Shown in pieces: positions 38,090 through 49,100 of a stretch of DNA of 64,000 nt. The notes under the pieces are model-generated. The model was not told the DNA's origin. It was given only the letters and a program-made list of their open reading frames with translations, and did not search any database. The position numbers were made by a program, and so were the translations under genes. Numbering within the stretch: position 1 is the stretch's first letter; each line of letters begins with the position of its first letter. The stretch covers positions 9,237 through 73,236 of the forward strand of contig CAZMQG010000002.1 of assembly GCA_964568625.1 (NCBI GenBank), read 5' to 3'. The stretch comes from an uncultured Pseudomonadota bacterium. Lineage in GTDB: Bacteria > Babelota > Babeliae > Babelales > RVW-14.

Positions 38090-41000
38090 ATGAAGCTATC
38101 AACTTTTTCATTATATTTTATTATTGTTTTCTTATTTTTTTCAAATTATGCACGTGCCTCTTCCATTGATGGGACAACATCACCGAAATATCTGACTACA
38201 AATCAGGTTTTTCATAATAATCAATATGCACGAGGATATGTAACTCTTAATTCCGGGGCAACAATTTTAAGTGATGCCACTGCATTTTTAAATATAAATA
38301 CGCCATTGAAAGGTGGGCTTGACTTACGTTCAACAGGAACTCTTAGTCTTGAGGGGGATCTTTATCTTGACACAAATTTTACGCTGTCCGGTAGTGGTGT
38401 AATAAGGGGAAATGGTAAAACTATTTTTATGAATGGGAACTTAACAATTCCGGACAACTCTGTAATTCATATAAATTCCAATTCGATAATAGATGGGCAA
38501 GGGCATGATCTTGTTTTTGGACGAAGAGGAAGAATTTTTGTCGATACAAATATTACTTTGACATTGCGTAATATGAAAATTGTTCAAAATTATAATGATT
38601 TTTCAGATCCATGTGTTCGGTTAGCTTCGTTCAAAAGTCAGTTGGCATTGAATGATGTTGAGTTTGCATTATCGCAGGATTTTTTATTTAATCAAGGTGA
38701 ATTATTCATTCATGGCGATGTAACAGTAACGGGAACTTCTGCGTTTATTTATCAATCTACTCAACATAGTTTTATAGCTTCGGATAGTATTTTTTATTTT
38801 GATAAAGCAACTACTTTTTCGGTTATTCCTGCTACTTTTACCGATTGTATGTTTGATCAATGGCCAACATATACGTCAAACCGTTTTATTGTAATGACAG
38901 ACCAAACATCAAGATTATTATTTAATGAAGCTTCACTTTGTTCAACTTCTACCGGGTGCAGGTTTGCAAAAGGTGTTGTGAATTTTGCAAATAATTGTAA
39001 CATAAAAAGCAACAGTGCGCTTGATTTGCCTCAAGCCTATATTGCAGATACAGGTGTAAATATTCAAACTGGAAGGTTGCCAGCCTATGTTGCATATTCT
39101 CCTAATGGAAATTATCTTGCTATTGTTAATAAACAGTCAAATACATTACAAATTTTTGATTCAGTTTCGCATGCACAGATTGGAAGCGATGTAATTTCGG
39201 GAAGTTTACCAGTTGCAGTTTCTTGGTCAAATACTAGTACGCAGCTTGCAGTTGTTAACTCTGGTGATAATACAGTAAAAGTATTTAATTTTAACGGATT
39301 AAGTATTCCTACTCTTTCTGTAAGCAAATTTACAGGTGCTAATCCCTCATGCGTTGCCTGGTCTTTGTATGGAAATTATATTGCCGTGACTAACGCAGGT
39401 TCTAATACTGTGCAAATTTTTAAGGCGTCGACGCTGTCTCAGGTTGGTAGTAGCGTTGTTACTGGCAGTATTCCATCATCTGTGACATGGGCTACTGGAG
39501 ATAGGTTTTTAGCAGTAACAAATATGGGATCAAATACGTTGCAAATATTTTCATTCAACGGATCAAGTACTCCAGTGCTGGCTGCAAGTAATGCTACAGG
39601 AGTTACTCCTTCATCGGTTTCATGGGCACAAAATGGTTTGTTTTTATCAGTTGCTAATAAAGACTCCAATACATTGCAAATATTTTCTTTTGATAAAAAT
39701 CATGCATTAGCTTTGATTGATACGGTTTCCTCTAATTATGAACCAATTGCTACCACGTGGACGCCCGATGGAAGTTATATTGGAGTTTCAGATCATTATT
39801 CCCAAAAAGTACAATTTTTAAGATTTTATAATCAGAGCTTGTTGTCTCAAGTTGGCGGCAATGCTACGACTGGAAGTCACCCTTACCAAGTATCATGGTC
39901 TTCTGATGGACTATTTTTAGCAGTTGTTAATGATGACTCAAATACTTTGCAGATATTTTCATTTAACGGTTCTAGTACACCTCTATTAGTTGCTTCCTCT
40001 GCAACAGGGATGTTCCCTTGGACTGTTTCTTGGTCACCATCTTTACCATCGCCAAATTATTTTCTTACTGTTGCTAATATGGGGTCAAGTTTGCAAGTGT
40101 TTTCATTCGATGGAGTGAGTACAATTACTTCGCTTGCAACGCAAGCTGTAATAGATATTTCGGCTGCATCATGGTCGCCTGTAGGTAATTTTATTGCAGC
40201 GGTTAAGCGGGATACAACAAATACACTTGCAGTATTTCATTTTGACGGAATTAGTACATTAACGCAGGTTGGGATTGATGTAGGAGCTGGAGATAATCCA
40301 TGGGCAGTGTCATGGTCGCCTGCAGGTAATTTTATTGCGGTAGTTAGCCTTTATGATAGCTTATTGCATATATTTTCATTTAATGGATCTAGTTCTCCAG
40401 TTCCAATTGCAAGCACTGCTACCGCTTCTAGTAGAAGTCCGGCCGCATGGTCTCCAGATGGAAACTTTATTGCTGTGGCAGGAAGAATTGCCCCACTTAC
40501 AGGAGTGCTACAAATTTTTAATTTTAACGGATCAGCATTTGGATCCTCTTATACAACAATTACACGAAAGCATATGATTTCTGAAACAGCAGTTTCATGG
40601 ACAAGTGATGGACGATTTATTGCGGTTGGAACAGAGTTAAGTGAGCCTGATAGTAGTACAAATATTCCGGGTATATTACAAATATTTTCTTTTAACGGAT
40701 ATAGTGAGGCAACAGAAGTTTGTTCTAGCGTTGTTGCAGGAAAGACACCAAGATTTGTATCTTGGGATCCAACCGGAAAATTTGTTGCTGTTATTAATGA
40801 GGAATCGAATACATTGCAAGTGTTTTCAATGGATGTGTATTTTGATTTGTCTCAGGCAAGCAAAAACGTTTTCACTCAAAGTAACCCTTTTTCGATAAGT
40901 TGTTCTTCTTCTGATGGATATGTTGCCGTTACCAATGGTAATTCAGATAATGTTCAATTGTTTCAATTACAATATCCTGCAATATTGACTCAAGTTGGTA

Positions 41001-42109
41001 GTGATTTGCCATTTGGCGAAGGGGTATATGAGAACCCATATTCGGTATCATGGTCTTCTGATGATAGATTTCTCTCTGTGGTTTCTTGGAATTATTTGAA
41101 GGCTTATTCATTTAACGGATTGTCAACGCCTACGCAGGTTGGATCTGCTTTAAATTGGAGTGGCAAAAATGTGTCCGTTTCATGGTCTCCATCGGGTCCA
41201 TATATTGGTTCCGTCAGAGCAGTTAATGAATCGATTGATATATTTTTGTTTGATGAAATTACAGGCCCAACTACATATGCTTTTGGATGTAGTACAGATA
41301 ATTATCCAAATTCACTATCCTGGGCTCCATCAGGTAATTTTGTTGCTGTAGCTAATCGTGATTCAGATACATTACAAGTCTTTTCATTTGATGGACTTAA
41401 TACTGTTATTTTTGGACGGACTAGACCTATTTTAGTTAGTTCAATTACAACAGGCTCTGAGCCAACATCTGTTTCGTGGTCATCTGACGGAAGATTTATT
41501 GCTGTTGTTAATGGTGGTGCTAATACATTGCAGGTATTTTCATTTAACGGTGTTAATACAACAACTTTAATTGGTGGAAGTGTGTCAACTGGATCTACGC
41601 CGACGTCAGTTTCATGGTCGCCGGATGGAAGATTTATTGCAGTCTTGAATAATGGGACAAATACACTTCAGGTTTTTTCGTTTAATGGGGCTAGTACTCC
41701 GGTACAAATTGGTGTAAGTGCTAGAACTGATAATTCTCCAAATTCGTTGTCATGGTCGGTAGATGGTAATTTTATTACAGTTGTAAATGGTGATTCAAAT
41801 ACGTTACAAGTATTTTTATTTAATGGAGCTAGTACTCCAGTACTGGTAGATGAAATAGGAGCAGGAAGAGGCCCAATATCGGTTTCATGGTCTCATTCAG
41901 GTAATTTTATTGCTGTAGCAAATTATACTGCACAGACATTGCAAGTATTTCGGGTAAACTATGTACCAAATATTTCTGAACAGGCTATATCAAATGGGGT
42001 AGTATTTGGCAATTCAAATCTTGGTTCAGATTATGATGCAACTGTTAGGCTTTTGGCAGGAAGCAATGTTATGGTGGATGGCTTAGTAAATTATGATTGT
42101 GTTATTTAA
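38090..42109 (+). CDS. Secreted scaffold plus WD40-like propeller protein, 21 blades (array member 3)
   Basis: Start moved to ATG 38090 (AGGAGAGG RBS); 21 counted repeats; ends NYDCVI. Confidence 0.85.
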   Translation: MKLSTFSLYFIIVFLFFSNYARASSIDGTTSPKYLTTNQVFHNNQYARGYVTLNSGATILSDATAFLNINTPLKGGLDLRSTGTLSLEGDLYLDTNFTLSGSGVIRGNGKTIFMNGNLTIPDNSVIHINSNSIIDGQGHDLVFGRRGRIFVDTNITLTLRNMKIVQNYNDFSDPCVRLASFKSQLALNDVEFALSQDFLFNQGELFIHGDVTVTGTSAFIYQSTQHSFIASDSIFYFDKATTFSVIPATFTDCMFDQWPTYTSNRFIVMTDQTSRLLFNEASLCSTSTGCRFAKGVVNFANNCNIKSNSALDLPQAYIADTGVNIQTGRLPAYVAYSPNGNYLAIVNKQSNTLQIFDSVSHAQIGSDVISGSLPVAVSWSNTSTQLAVVNSGDNTVKVFNFNGLSIPTLSVSKFTGANPSCVAWSLYGNYIAVTNAGSNTVQIFKASTLSQVGSSVVTGSIPSSVTWATGDRFLAVTNMGSNTLQIFSFNGSSTPVLAASNATGVTPSSVSWAQNGLFLSVANKDSNTLQIFSFDKNHALALIDTVSSNYEPIATTWTPDGSYIGVSDHYSQKVQFLRFYNQSLLSQVGGNATTGSHPYQVSWSSDGLFLAVVNDDSNTLQIFSFNGSSTPLLVASSATGMFPWTVSWSPSLPSPNYFLTVANMGSSLQVFSFDGVSTITSLATQAVIDISAASWSPVGNFIAAVKRDTTNTLAVFHFDGISTLTQVGIDVGAGDNPWAVSWSPAGNFIAVVSLYDSLLHIFSFNGSSSPVPIASTATASSRSPAAWSPDGNFIAVAGRIAPLTGVLQIFNFNGSAFGSSYTTITRKHMISETAVSWTSDGRFIAVGTELSEPDSSTNIPGILQIFSFNGYSEATEVCSSVVAGKTPRFVSWDPTGKFVAVINEESNTLQVFSMDVYFDLSQASKNVFTQSNPFSISCSSSDGYVAVTNGNSDNVQLFQLQYPAILTQVGSDLPFGEGVYENPYSVSWSSDDRFLSVVSWNYLKAYSFNGLSTPTQVGSALNWSGKNVSVSWSPSGPYIGSVRAVNESIDIFLFDEITGPTTYAFGCSTDNYPNSLSWAPSGNFVAVANRDSDTLQVFSFDGLNTVIFGRTRPILVSSITTGSEPTSVSWSSDGRFIAVVNGGANTLQVFSFNGVNTTTLIGGSVSTGSTPTSVSWSPDGRFIAVLNNGTNTLQVFSFNGASTPVQIGVSARTDNSPNSLSWSVDGNFITVVNGDSNTLQVFLFNGASTPVLVDEIGAGRGPISVSWSHSGNFIAVANYTAQTLQVFRVNYVPNISEQAISNGVVFGNSNLGSDYDATVRLLAGSNVMVDGLVNYDCVI

Positions 42110-42141
42110 AAAGGGTAGGGAACCGATATAGGAAGAGAGCA

Positions 42142-45100
42142 ATGAAAATACCAAAAATAGTTTTTTATTTTACAATTGGACTGCTGTTTATTACCAAAAA
42201 TCTTGCGCCGGCTTCTATTGATGGAACAACTTCGGTTAAGTATTTAACGACAAATCAAGTTTTTCATAATAATCAATATGCGCGAGGATATGTAACGCTT
42301 AATTCAGGAGCAACAATTTTAAGTGATGCCACTGCATTTTTAAATATAAAAACACCATTTTCAGGTGGCCTTGATTTGCGTGAAACAGGAACGCTTAGTC
42401 TTGAGGGTGACCTTTACCTTGATTCTAATGTTACTCTTTCAAGAAGTGGAGTAATAAGGGGAAATGGAAAAACCATATTTTTAAATGGAAATTTAACAAT
42501 TCCGGATAATTCAATTATCCACATAAATTCAGACACCATAATTAATGGCCAAGGAAATGAGTTAGTATTTGGAAAAAGAGGAAGGATTTTTGTTGACACA
42601 AATATTACTCTGACACTGCGTAATATTAAACTTATTCAAACGTTCAACGATTTTTCTGATCCATTCATCAGGCTTGCAGCGTTTGAAAGCAATCTTGTTC
42701 TAGATAGCGTTGAAATGGCATTATCACAAGATTTCTTATTTCCCGAGGGCCAACTTTTTATTCATGGTGATGTTGCGGTTACCGGAACTTCTGCCTTTAT
42801 ATACGAATCGACACAGCATACTTTTATAGCACCTGATAGTACTTTTTATTTTGATATAGGAACAACTTTTTCTGTCACGCCTGCAACGATAACCGATTGT
42901 AGATTTGATCAGTGGCCCACTTATACGTCAAATAACTTTATTCGAATGCAAGATAAAACATCAAGCTTATATTTTAATCAAGCCACTCTTTGTACTACTT
43001 CCACGGGATCTAGATTTACAAAGGGTACGGTGGTTTTTGATAACAAGTGTTTATTGAGCAGCACCAGGGCTCTTGATTTGCCAGGAGTGTATATAGGAAA
43101 TTCGGGCCAAAGCATTCAAACTGGAATGTTGCCGAATAGCATAGCCTTTTCGCCTGATGGAGATTATATTGCTGTTGTAAACAAAAGTTCAAATACTTTG
43201 CAAATTTTTAATTCAACTACGCCATTTGCACAGGTTGGTCTTGATGTCATAACAGGAGATTCCCCCATTGCTGTTTCGTGGTCAAATACAAGTACTCAGC
43301 TTGCTGTAGTGAATTTCGGTGACGACACAGTAAAAGTATTTAATTTTGATGGAATTAGCTCCCCTGTATTTTCAGTAAGCAACACAACTGGTTCAAATCC
43401 ATCGTGCGTATCATGGTCTCCATTTGGAAATTACATTGCTGTAACAAATTCAGGCTCCGATACTTTGCAAATTTTTAAGGCATCAACATTGTCTCAGCTC
43501 GGAGGCTTTGCCGCCACTGGAGATACCCCGTCTTCAGTCGCATGGGCTACAGGAGACAAATTTTTGGCTGTTACCAATGCTGGCTCAAATACTCTGCAAA
43601 TATTTTCATTTAATGGCTCTAGTACTCCATCTTTAGAGGCAAGTAGTGCTACTGGGAATATACCGACATCGGTTTCTTGGGATCAGAATGCTTTATTTAT
43701 TGCGGTTGCAAATAGCAACTCAAACACAGTTCAGATTTTCTCATTTGACTGTAGCCATTCACTAAATTTAATGAATACAATTCTTACTAATCTTGGACCG
43801 ATTTCGATAACTTGGACTAGTAGTGGTGGCCAGATAACATTTGTGAATAATATTTCAAATACATTGCAGTTCTCATCGGTTGTAGATCAAAGCGTTCCAA
43901 TTCAGGTTGGGGGTAGTGTGTCTGTTGGGAATTCTCCATATTCAACAGCTTGGTCGCCATCTGGGAATTTTATTGCCGTTGTTAATAGTCAGTCAGACTC
44001 ATTACAGGTATTTTCATTCGATGGTGTTAATACTCCGACTCAAGTTGGGGGTAATGCATCTACGGCACCGGTTCCTTACTCGGTATCATGGTCTCCTGAT
44101 GAATGCTTTATTGCTGTTGTGAACATCAATACGGGCAAATTGCGAATATTTTCGTTTGATGGGATAAATACGCCTGTGCAAGTTGGAGGTGATGCAAGTA
44201 CAGGGGCTTATCCATGGTCAGTATCTTGGTCTCCCATGGGTAATTTTATTGCCGTTGTTAACTGGGCTGATGGCACATTGCAAGTGTTCTCATTTGATGG
44301 GGTTAATACACCTACACAGGTTGGAGGCAATGCGCCTACGGGAAGCCGTCCTGTATCAGTATCATGGTCGACCAATGGGCATTTTATTGCTGTTGCAAAT
44401 GCTATTTCAAATACGTTACAAGTATTCGCATTTGATGGGGCTAATACGCCTACACAGGTTGGAAGTCCAGCAACTACTGCATCAGTTCCGTTCTCAGTAT
44501 CCTGGGCGCCAGATAGTAGATTTGTCGCAGTTGTTAATCACGATTCGTGTGCATTACAGGTATTTGCATTTGATGGAACTAGTACGCCAGTACAAGTTGG
44601 GGGTGATGCAATTACAGGCAGTTCACCATTCTCTTGGCCAATGTCCGGATCATGGTCGTCTGATGGGCGGTTTATTGCGGTTGCTAATTACAACACCGAT
44701 TCGTTGCAAATATTTTCATTTAATGGATTTGGTACGCCGACACAAGTTGGTGGATCGGTGGCTACGGGATCATATCCTAAATCAGTAGCATGGTCACCGG
44801 CAAGCGATTTCATGGCAGTGATTAACGAGTCATCGAATACATTGCAAGTTTTTTCGCTTAATGTTGCTAGTGCATCAACACAGGTTGCGGGAACCATAAA
44901 AACTCAAACGAAACCATCATCAGTGTCATGTTCCCCAAATTCTGGCGCTGTGATTGTTTCTGGTGGTGAAAATACACTACAACTTTTTGAATATTTACAA
45001 CCATCGGTATCAGCTCAAGTTGGGGGTAATGTAACTACGGGAAGCTTTCCAGACTCAGTATCATGGGCTCCCGATGGAAGATTTGTTGCAGTTGTTAATG

Positions 45101-46113
45101 ATTCCTCAAACACGTTGCAAGTATTTTCATTCAATGGTTCTAGTGCTCCGACACAAGTTGGAGGTAATGCAAATACCGGAAGTAGGCCTGCGTCAGTATC
45201 ATGGTCACCAGATGGAAGATTTATTGCTGTTGTTAGCTATTTATCAAACAGGTTACAGGTCTTTTCTTTTGATGGTGTAAATACGCCTAGTCAAGTTGGG
45301 GCTAACGTATCTACTGGAAATGAGCCATGGTCCGTATCATGGTCACGAGGTGGAAAATTCATTTCTGTTGTTAACAGACAGGCTGGTACGCTGCAGATAT
45401 TCACATTTGATGGAATTCATACTCCAACTCAGGTTGGCAGTAACGTGGATGCCGGCTATTATCCATGGGCAGTATCATGGTCGCCTGAGGGAAGTTTTAT
45501 TGCAGTTGCTAACTTCGAAGGAAATACTTTAAGAGTATTTACATTTGATGGAATTCATACCCCAACTCAAGTTGGCAATGCTGCGTTTGCGGGATCTTAT
45601 CCATGTGTAGCGTCGTGGTCTTCGGATGGTAGATTTATTGCTGTCATTAATAGATTTTCAAATACATTGAGAGTGTTCTCGTTTAATGGCTTTGATACTC
45701 CAGTACAAGTGGGAGGTGGTGCATCAACTGAATCTGGGCCAAATGTCGCGGCATGGCTTCCTGATGGCAAGTTTATTTTTGTCGTTAACTATTCCTCAAA
45801 TACATTAGAAATATTCTCATTTGATGGATCTAGTACGCCGGTCAAGGTCGGTGGAAGCGTTTCTACTGCTAATTATCCAATGTCAGCATCATGTTCGTCC
45901 GATGGGAAATTTATTGCTGTTGTCAGTGGTAATCTAAATGTTCTGCAATTATTCAGAATTAACTATGTTTCAGAAAGATCTGCTCAATCAATTTTGAACG
46001 GAGTTGTGTTTGGAGATTCTGCGTTTGGTTTCGAGTATGACGCAGATGTGCAAGTTCTTGCGGGTTCGCATGTGCTTGTGGATGGAAAAGTAAATTATGA
46101 TTGTGTAAATTAA
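42142..46113 (+). CDS. Secreted scaffold plus WD40-like propeller protein, 21 blades (array member 4)
   Basis: Start moved to ATG 42142; 21 counted repeats; ends NYDCVN. Confidence 0.85.
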   Translation: MKIPKIVFYFTIGLLFITKNLAPASIDGTTSVKYLTTNQVFHNNQYARGYVTLNSGATILSDATAFLNIKTPFSGGLDLRETGTLSLEGDLYLDSNVTLSRSGVIRGNGKTIFLNGNLTIPDNSIIHINSDTIINGQGNELVFGKRGRIFVDTNITLTLRNIKLIQTFNDFSDPFIRLAAFESNLVLDSVEMALSQDFLFPEGQLFIHGDVAVTGTSAFIYESTQHTFIAPDSTFYFDIGTTFSVTPATITDCRFDQWPTYTSNNFIRMQDKTSSLYFNQATLCTTSTGSRFTKGTVVFDNKCLLSSTRALDLPGVYIGNSGQSIQTGMLPNSIAFSPDGDYIAVVNKSSNTLQIFNSTTPFAQVGLDVITGDSPIAVSWSNTSTQLAVVNFGDDTVKVFNFDGISSPVFSVSNTTGSNPSCVSWSPFGNYIAVTNSGSDTLQIFKASTLSQLGGFAATGDTPSSVAWATGDKFLAVTNAGSNTLQIFSFNGSSTPSLEASSATGNIPTSVSWDQNALFIAVANSNSNTVQIFSFDCSHSLNLMNTILTNLGPISITWTSSGGQITFVNNISNTLQFSSVVDQSVPIQVGGSVSVGNSPYSTAWSPSGNFIAVVNSQSDSLQVFSFDGVNTPTQVGGNASTAPVPYSVSWSPDECFIAVVNINTGKLRIFSFDGINTPVQVGGDASTGAYPWSVSWSPMGNFIAVVNWADGTLQVFSFDGVNTPTQVGGNAPTGSRPVSVSWSTNGHFIAVANAISNTLQVFAFDGANTPTQVGSPATTASVPFSVSWAPDSRFVAVVNHDSCALQVFAFDGTSTPVQVGGDAITGSSPFSWPMSGSWSSDGRFIAVANYNTDSLQIFSFNGFGTPTQVGGSVATGSYPKSVAWSPASDFMAVINESSNTLQVFSLNVASASTQVAGTIKTQTKPSSVSCSPNSGAVIVSGGENTLQLFEYLQPSVSAQVGGNVTTGSFPDSVSWAPDGRFVAVVNDSSNTLQVFSFNGSSAPTQVGGNANTGSRPASVSWSPDGRFIAVVSYLSNRLQVFSFDGVNTPSQVGANVSTGNEPWSVSWSRGGKFISVVNRQAGTLQIFTFDGIHTPTQVGSNVDAGYYPWAVSWSPEGSFIAVANFEGNTLRVFTFDGIHTPTQVGNAAFAGSYPCVASWSSDGRFIAVINRFSNTLRVFSFNGFDTPVQVGGGASTESGPNVAAWLPDGKFIFVVNYSSNTLEIFSFDGSSTPVKVGGSVSTANYPMSASCSSDGKFIAVVSGNLNVLQLFRINYVSERSAQSILNGVVFGDSAFGFEYDADVQVLAGSHVLVDGKVNYDCVN

Positions 46114-46136
46114 CAGTGTTAAAAAAGGAAAAAGAG

Positions 46137-49100
46137 ATGAGGTTTAGATTTTTTTTGTTTTGGATTATTTTTTCTGTCACAACTTTTGTTGAGGGGATTT
46201 TTGCGGCATCCATCGACGGCACAACATCAGTCAAGTATCTCACAACAAATCAGGTTTTTGGAAATAATCAATATGCACGAGGATTTGTTTCTTTTAATTC
46301 CGGTGCAACAATTTTGAACAATGCAACTGCATTTTTTAATGTTAAGATGCCATTTTCAGGAGGACTTGACCTCCGTGGAACCGGCACGCTGAGCCTTGAG
46401 GGCGATCTTCATCTAGATTCCAATTTCACGCTCTCCCCAAGTGGCGGAGTAATAAGAGGAAACGGTAAGACAATTTTTATGAACGGGAATTTAACAGTTC
46501 CTGATAATTCCATAATTCACATAAATTCGGATACAATAATTGATGGCCAAGGTAAAGATCTTATCTTTGGAAGAAGAGGTAGAATTTTTGTTGATACAAA
46601 TATCACTCTCACGTTGCGTAATATGAAAATTATACAGAGTTATAACGACTTCTCTGATCCATGCATGAGATTGGCAGCATTCCAGAGCAAACTTGCTCTG
46701 GATAATACTGAGCTGGCATTATCCCAAGACTTTTTATTTTCACAAGGACAGCTTTTTATTCACGGAGATGTGGCGGTTACAGGAACGTCTGCCTTTATAT
46801 ACGAATCGACACAGCATACTTTTATAGCACCTGATAGCACTTTTTATTTTGATATAGGAACAACATTTTCAGTTACACCTGCAACTTTTACTGACTGCAA
46901 ATTTGATCAATGGCCAACAACTACGACAAATAATTTTATTTTAATGACTGATGAAACTTCAAAAATACATTTTAATGAGGCTTCTCTTTTTGCAACTTCT
47001 ACTGGGTGTGGATTTACGAAGGGGGCTGTAAATTTTGAAAATCAGTGTTTTATCAAAAGCAATCAGTCACTAGATTTACCAACAACACATATTGGTAATG
47101 CTATTGGTGAGATAGCCACAGAATTTTCACCAAGTTGCGTGGCCTGGTCTCCTGACGGTAATTTTCTTGCTGTGGTAAATAAAAATTCGGATTCATTACA
47201 GATCTTTGATTCTGTTACCTTGGCTCAAATCGGTAGTAGTGCCGCTACTGGGAGTGGGAGCGCGCCAGTATCCGTTTCTTGGTCAAATACAAGCACGCAG
47301 TTGGCCGTAGCAAATTCAGGAGATAACACGCTTAAAGTGTTTAATTTTAATGGTTCTGTTACCCCAACCTTGTCAGTGAGTACTGCTACCGAAATTTCGC
47401 CTTCATGTTGTTCTTGGTCTTCATATGGCAAATTTATCGCGGTAACAAATTCAGGATCTGATACTTTGCAAATTTTTAAATCTGATACGCTTGCGCAAAT
47501 TGGAAGTAATGCAACGACCGGAGATGCACCTTCATCTGTCTCATGGGCTCCCGGTGATGGGTATTTGGCTGTTGTAAATTTTATTTCAAATACATTACAA
47601 ATTTTTTCATTTGATTATTTTAATACTCCAACTTTAATTGCAAGTCATGTTACGGGCTTTTCTCCTTCCTCAGTTTCGTGGTCAAAAATGGGAGCTTTTA
47701 TAGCATTAGTAAACAAAAGCTCAAACACTCTGCAAATGTTTTCATTTGATGTAAATAAGACGTTAGCTTTAATTAATACATTCCCTACAAATAATGAGCC
47801 ATCTTGTGTGTCTTGGACGTTGGATGGAAAGTATGTTTTTGTTGTTAATTATACTTCTAATACGCTACAATTATTCTCATTATATGATTTGACTAGCACT
47901 GGCTATTTAGGAGGGATTGGGACAGGCACTGAGCCGGTATCAGTGTCATGGGCTCCATTGAGTGATTTTGTTGCTGTTGCTAATAAGACATCAGGAACGA
48001 TTCAGATTTTTTCCGTTAATGGATCAGGAACCCCGACTCTTACAGGAAGTGTTGCTGCAGGGACTAATCCAACGTCAGTGTCATGGTCGCCAGTGAGTAA
48101 CTATGTTGCTGTAGTCAATGATACCTCACCAGGTACATTACAAGTTTTCTCGGTTATTGCGGGCGTTCCAGCGCTTACAGGTTCGATTTCAACAGGTACA
48201 AATCCTCAATCTGTGTCATGGGACCCAACGGGTAATTTTATAGCTGTTGTTAATGGTGCTTCTGGTATATTGGAGGTATTTAATTTTGTTGCCCCAGGAA
48301 CTTTAGCTCTTGCTGGTAGCATCTTAATTGGCGTTGGAACCAGCCCGAGATCGGTAGACTGGTCAGCTGTTGGTAATTTTATAGCTGTGGTTAATAGTGC
48401 TACAAGTAAGCTTAACGTATTTCATTTTGACGGTAGCAGCACAATTACAAAGATTGGTGGTGATGCATCCACAGATAGTTCTCCATATTCAGTTTCTTGG
48501 TCCCCTGATGGAAGTTTTATTGCTGTAGTTAGTTATGATTCGGGAGCTTTGCAGATTTTTTCATTTGATGGATACAGCACCCCGACTCAGGTGGGTGGAA
48601 ATGCTTCTATTGGGGAGCTTTATGCCTATTCCGTGTCATGGTCACCTGATGGCAGGTTTATTGCTGTGAGTTATTATTGGCCTGATACACTTCAAGTATT
48701 TTCTTTTAATGGGTCAGATACTCCAACTAGACAGGGAGGCAGTGCAACAACTGGTAGGATGCCAGCTTCAGTATCATGGTCATATGATTCTGAGTTTATA
48801 GCTGTGGTTAATAGTAGTATACCTGCTGGTAATTCATTACAAATATTTAAGTTAAATTCTGATGGATTAGCTACTCAAATTAATCAGGGTGTTGCTACCA
48901 AAAATAGACCATCTTCTCTTTCATGTTCTCCAGCAGGAACGGCTGCAATTGTTGCGAATACTGGCTCAAATATGCTTCAAATTTTTAATATTCAATATCC
49001 AGATATATTGACTCAAATTGGAAGTGGTGCATCCACTGGGCTTAGCACCCAACCAGTTGCTATGTCATGGTCTCCGGATGGTAGATTTGTAGCTTCGATT

